Shown: positions 59,371 to 64,000 of the stretch, piece by piece
Numbering within the stretch: the stretch's first letter is position 1
How the letters are laid out: every line of letters starts with the position of its first letter
Assembly (NCBI RefSeq): GCF_000143415.4
Contig: NW_003314401.1
Span: 214,148-278,147, forward strand
Source of the DNA: Selaginella moellendorffii
Lineage: Eukaryota; Plantae; Lycopodiophyta
DNA: 64,000 bases
Reading direction: 5' to 3'
Made by a program: the position numbers and the translations under genes
Notes under the pieces: generated by a model
Told to the model about the DNA's origin: nothing
Seen by the model: only the letters and a program-made list of their open reading frames with translations
The model's database searches: none

Positions 59371-61359
59371 CGCTTCTTCGACTGCTTCCTCTTTCCAGCC
59401 ACATAGCCACCATCGTCTGCCTCATCGTCGTCGCCGTTCCGCCGCTTCTTGGATTTCTTGGACGCGTCCTTCTCTCGGATGTGCTGCACACACACAAGAA
59501 AATGTAATCCAACCAACCAGTACATAGAATAAAGAAGAGTACAAACCATTGCAGCTAGTCTCTGCGCCTCACTGACGCGCTCCTCGAGTAACAAGACCTC
59601 GTCCGCCTTTGCTGGAAACTCGGGGAGAGTCATGCCTGACAAGCAGTGTTAGAACAAACAAGAGGTCCATGATCACTTACCAATCAAGTCCTCTATCCTC
59701 TTGTACAGGTCCACGTCGTACTGGGTGACAATGGATATTGCACGCCCGGACCTCCCAGCTCGGGCCGTTCTTCCTACGCGATGTATGTAATCCTGCAAAA
59801 GCCAGGGGAGAGAAAGGGAGAGTCAGGAGCAGCTGATAATATCTTATGAAACTTGCCTTGGAGTTTGTTGGTATGTCGTAGTTGATGACCACATCCACAG
59901 ATGGGATGTCGAGGCCACGACTGGCGACGTCAGTACATATGAGCAGGTTTCTGTCGCCAGCTTTGAACTTCAACAAGGCACCCGAGCGCTTGGACTGCAC
60001 AAGAGGAAACCTGTGAGCTCATCTCTGTTTGGTTGGATAGACGAACCAAGACCCCTTACCTGGCTCATCTGGCCGCTGATGGGGATAGCACCGAATCCAA
60101 GGCTACGGAGAATCAATGCCAGCCGCCTCGTGCTGTCACAGGTTCTTGTGAAAACCATTGCCGTACTCCCCGCCATCTCGTTTAGCAGGAATACAAAGTA
60201 ACAGTCCTGGCCAATGTGGACAAGAGACAAAACTCAAACAGCAAGAACACGGGTGCAAACCTTGTGCTTGGCAGGAACAAAGACATACTCTTGTTTCAGG
60301 GTAAGAGCGGTAGTGTATTTGGAGGAGACTTCCACCTGCAATGCACTTGTCTCAAGTATCTGGCAACCGCAAACAGGCAACACAAACCTTTGTCGGATTT
60401 CGAAGACAGGCTCGTTGAAGTTTTGCCACCTGCTCGTACGTTGAACATGAACGGAACGAGAAAAAAGCAGGAGACAAAGCGCACCTTGTTTGTCATTGTA
60501 GCAGAGAAGAGGAACGTCTTCCTCTCCCGAGGGACAACCTTGAGGATCTCATCGACCTCCTTCTCGAAATCGTTGTGCAGGATCTTGTCCGCTTCATCAA
60601 GCACCTGATCACAAAGAAGCACGGACCTTAAGGGAAGAAAAGGTGTGTCATGTCATCTTTACCAGGTACTTGACGTTTCGCAAGCTAAAGCCTTTTGTGT
60701 TTGTGAGGTGATCCAGCAGCCTTCCAGGTGTGGCTACCTGGTGGAAAGAGGAGTGTCGTAAGAAAGCTCGGTGCTTGCGTGCAGAGAACATACCACAATA
60801 TGCGGGTTCTTGCCCAGCGCAACAGCCTGATCCACCATAGAGACGCCTCCAACAATCTGTCCACGAGCAAGCACGCAACAAGGAACTGACGAAAACAGGT
60901 GATAGAGCAACTCTTACAGCCACGCTCCTGACGCCGATTTGTGATCCTAGCGCTTCAAACTGCTCCGATATCTGGATGGCCAGCTCCCTGCATTTGATGA
61001 TCCATCCAGGTAATTAGTTCTCCTCGCCTGTGCTCTCTTACCTGGTGGGAGACAGGACGCACGCAAAGAATGGGTGGCATTGCTGGAACAGCGCTTGAAG
61101 TATAGGCAGCGCGAAAGCCGCTGTCTTCCCGGATCCAGTCTGCGCGAGGCCGATCAAGTCCCGGCCTGTCAGCAACAAGCGTGGAGAGATTGAACACACA
61201 CGCGCACGAACAAGACACACACAAACCTTGCAGAGCCAGCGGGAGCGCCTCCACCTGGATGGGCGTGGGTGCCTTCCATCCGAGCTTGGTGCAGGCGTCT
61301 ACAAGCTCCTCGCGCACTCCCAGCTCCCCAAAGCTGGGCACCGCCGCCGCCGCTGCCAT
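59367..61359 (-). CDS. RH10: DEAD-box RNA helicase RH10 (RRP3/DDX47-like), multi-exon
   Basis: [61 protein letters not shown] and [11 protein letters not shown]. Confidence 0.92.
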
Positions 61360-61400
61360 ACACACTAGAGCTTCTTAGGGATCCTGTTTAGGGTTCCCCG

Positions 61401-61823
61401 ATGGAGTTTTGCCCGACATGCTCGAGCCTGCTGCTGGTGGAGCACGCTGGCAGGCTGAGATACTTTTGCCCCACCTGTGCATACATTTTCGGCGTGGACC
61501 TCAAGGTTTGCTCTCCTGCTTTCTCTCCTCGTTCACGCCTCTTCCCTCTCAGATCAGCAAGCCGATCCCTCTCAAGAACAAGGAGGTTGACGACGTTATG
61601 GGGGGAGAAGACGCATGGAAGAATTGCGATCGCACACCAGGTATGTGTGTGTGAATGAGCTCTGAGCTTCTTACAACCGTGGGGCTGGACAGTTACCTGT
61701 GCCAAGTGCAACTATGGGCATGCCTACTTTATGCTGGTCCAGATCAGATCGGCGGACGAGCCAAGCACAGCCTTTTACAGGTGCTGCAATCCAAACTGCT
61801 CGTTCCGGTGGAGAGAAGACTAA
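61401..61823 (+). CDS. RPC11: RNA polymerase III subunit C11 (RPC11/POLR3K), 3 exons
   Basis: MEFCPTC...FCPTCAY, KEVDDVMGG and QIRSADEP...FYRC. Confidence 0.93.
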
Positions 61824-61845
61824 ACTTATTCTCAAAAAAGGCCCT

Positions 61846-62377
61846 CTAGTGAGTGCTCCAGTCTTCCCTCCCCCAATCTTTTACAACCACAACCTGATCA
61901 AAGCCCGAATGAGAAGAGTTGCAAGATCTGAATATAAAAGATACAAACCTCGGCTGGGAGAGGTGGGTTTCTTGCATACGTTACGCCTTCAGGGGACCAA
62001 GGAACTGTAGATTGGACGAAATGTTGGTGAGCACACAAACATTGGAGAAAAACAAACCTGCGTATGGCTCTGGATGCTGGAACTTCTTGAACTCGGCCTC
62101 TCCCTTGACAATGAGCCTCTCTATTGCATCCACATCTACCACATCCTTGTTGACATCGAATCTGGCTCTCAGCTTAGATGCCTGCACAAGCACACAAGAA
62201 GAAGAATGCACGCTTGGATCGCAACACGCCTCCTCACCTCCTTGTAGAAGGGCTCCCGGAATATGACCCAATCAAGGGTATGGTGGAGCGCCTTCCTGTA
62301 GAGCCGACACACCCGTCTCCTCTGGGCATCTCGCCGGGCCGCAAGTGATGCCAAACCAGCGATCGTTAAAGAGGCAC

Positions 62378-62381
<4 letters not shown>
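61846..62381 (-). CDS. NDUFB9: Mitochondrial complex I subunit B22 (LYR family), 4 exons
   Basis: RLYRKAL...DW, LRARFD and FQHPEPYA|VPWSPEGVTYARNPP. Confidence 0.9.
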
Positions 62382-62412
<31 letters not shown>

Positions 62413-62494
62413 CTTCAACAAGAGTTAAATTGACTCTCTACTTAGGGCTTCCTAGGTACTTATCTTGTCCCAGCCATACATTCCAGTTTTTATC

Positions 62495-63318
62495 ATGCTG
62501 CTGAGCCGCTCTTCTTCTTCTTGCCATGGCCGTCCTCGTCCTCAGCTCAAGGTGGGATCCTCCTCGCCCATCAAATGCTCCGCTGTGCCCAACGCTCCCA
62601 ACAAACGAGCCAACAGAATGATTGAATGGAGCTCTCCGGACGAAGGATGGATCCGATTTGACAAAGATGATGATCCGGATAAGGAGGGCCAAGGAGGAGG
62701 AAGGGCAGCAGCTGAAGCAGCAGCAGCAACACAAGAGGGCAAAGACGATCAAGCTGGACTGGACGACACCATTACGGATCTCATAGCACACGTATCGGGA
62801 ACACATTACGAGTGAGTAAAACCGAAGCCCACCATTGACTGTGTGTGATCTTGCGGTTTCGCTTGTGGATCCACAGGTTCTTGGGGATCACACCTGAAGC
62901 TGACACAGAGGAAATTAAAGTGGCTTATAGGAAGCTGTCTAAGCAGTACCATCCTGACTCCACCACACTCCCTCTAGAGGTAGCGGGAAAGAAATTTCTC
63001 CGTCTCAAGGAAGCGTACAACGTGTTGAGCAGCGAGGACGACAGGAAGCTCTACGATTGGCACTTGGCGCAGGAGGCATCCAAAGCGAGAGGGGGCAGAT
63101 TCATCTGGCCTTACGAAGTGGATAGAAGCCAGCTCAGAGAAAGCAGCAAGCCTCCAAAATGGAAAACCGAGTGGCAGCCCAAGCTAGACCCAATTGAAGT
63201 GCTCGACGGGAAGAATCTCAAGCTGAGCGACCAGCAACAGACAGCACTTGCGTTTGATCTCTTTGCCATCCTTGTGTCTGTTGCCACTATGATTTACGTT
63301 GGCTTCTTTAAACATTGA
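62495..63318 (+). CDS. NdhT: Chloroplast NDH-associated DnaJ protein, NdhT/CRRJ-like; one intron ~62812-62876
   Basis: Transit peptide, IEWSSPDEGWI, HYE|FLG...YRKLSKQYHPDSTTLPL, YDWHLAQE, LSDQQQTALAFD and a C-terminal transmembrane helix. Confidence 0.82.
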
Positions 63319-64000
63319 CCACCTATGAGTGGCCGACTATAGATGATCGCAATTAAAGTAAGTTTAAAAGGAGTTAAAGTGCTGCAGCCACGCCGGCCAA
63401 CTCGACGTGCATGCTACTGCTTCACTTCCACGCAGCTATTCCTTCCAGAGGAACTCAAGGCTGCAAATATGTGTTCCCAGGATGAGACCGACATTGTTGT
63501 TCATGTGGATGGACATGAGTTTCACTTTCGTTTTTTGTGGGTGGTGCTGAGTTAAGCTTTGGCATCATTCTTGGTTTGAATTGAATCAAGCCTTGAATTC
63601 TCTCCCTTTTGCTTTGTTTTTTATAGTGTTTCTCCTACACCTCTCACTTTTATTCCCTTTCATTTTTTTTCTTCAACCTCTGCTTTTATCTCTTTTATTT
63701 CTCTATTGTTCTTCCTTCGTGTTCCTCAGTTCCTTTGATCTTTGAGTGACACTTGGCACCCGTTGCCTGGTACAGCAGTATGGGATGATGGAGTACGGCC
63801 AGATTTCCATGGGGGGCTACTCAACGGTGTGAAGCTTTACCCCGGAAAGCAGGGCTGTCTCTGGGTGAGGGGAGACGATGTGCTCACTACTGTGTGTAGC
63901 AAGGATTGGTTTGTGGACATGAGGCACCTAGTTAGACGTGAAAAGGAGATTATCAGGGTTACCTAGTTACATGTGAAAAGGCAAGTGCAACTAGGTTCCT

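Noticed and set aside
63560-64000. Possible start of another repeat (CCTAGTTA...GTGAAAAGG twice)
   Set aside because: Truncated by the window edge with no diagnostic termini or ORF.

Overview
This is plant nuclear DNA. The very short introns (about 50-90 bp), tiny intergenic gaps, PLS-type PPRs and gene content point to a lycophyte, most likely Selaginella (inferred, not proven). 1-6.9 kb: a DNA-transposon-like locus with a Sola1-like DDD transposase (about 1030 codons, one internal TAG), surrounded and interrupted by about 16 copies of a 22-bp palindrome. 6.9-20.7 kb: a nest of LTR retroelements. An LTR is present in two inverted copies; a 7.9-kb non-coding element with about 98.7% identical LTRs is inserted in the right copy, and it carries a 593-bp Cassandra-type TRIM with 5S-rRNA-derived LTRs. 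Both nested insertions sit after the same 10-mer, TCTATGAGAG. 20.8-22.7 kb: gene-fragment pseudogenes. 24-49 kb: a dense block of intact genes (class II KNOX, PYL, YSL, cyanase, eIF3e, PPR5-like, a spliced phytosulfokine-like precursor ending DYIYDVDP, PLS-PPR, PR-1/CAP, tRNA ligase, NMCP/CRWN). 49-58.9 kb: a rearranged zone with a decayed Crinkler-type NTPase+nuclease gene, a 377-bp inversion, captured gene fragments and a deletion-eroded local duplication. 58.9-63.3 kb: five tightly packed genes (PLAC8, RH10, RPC11, NDUFB9, NdhT-like), two with interlocking stop codons. All family assignments come from recalled motifs; no database searches were run.
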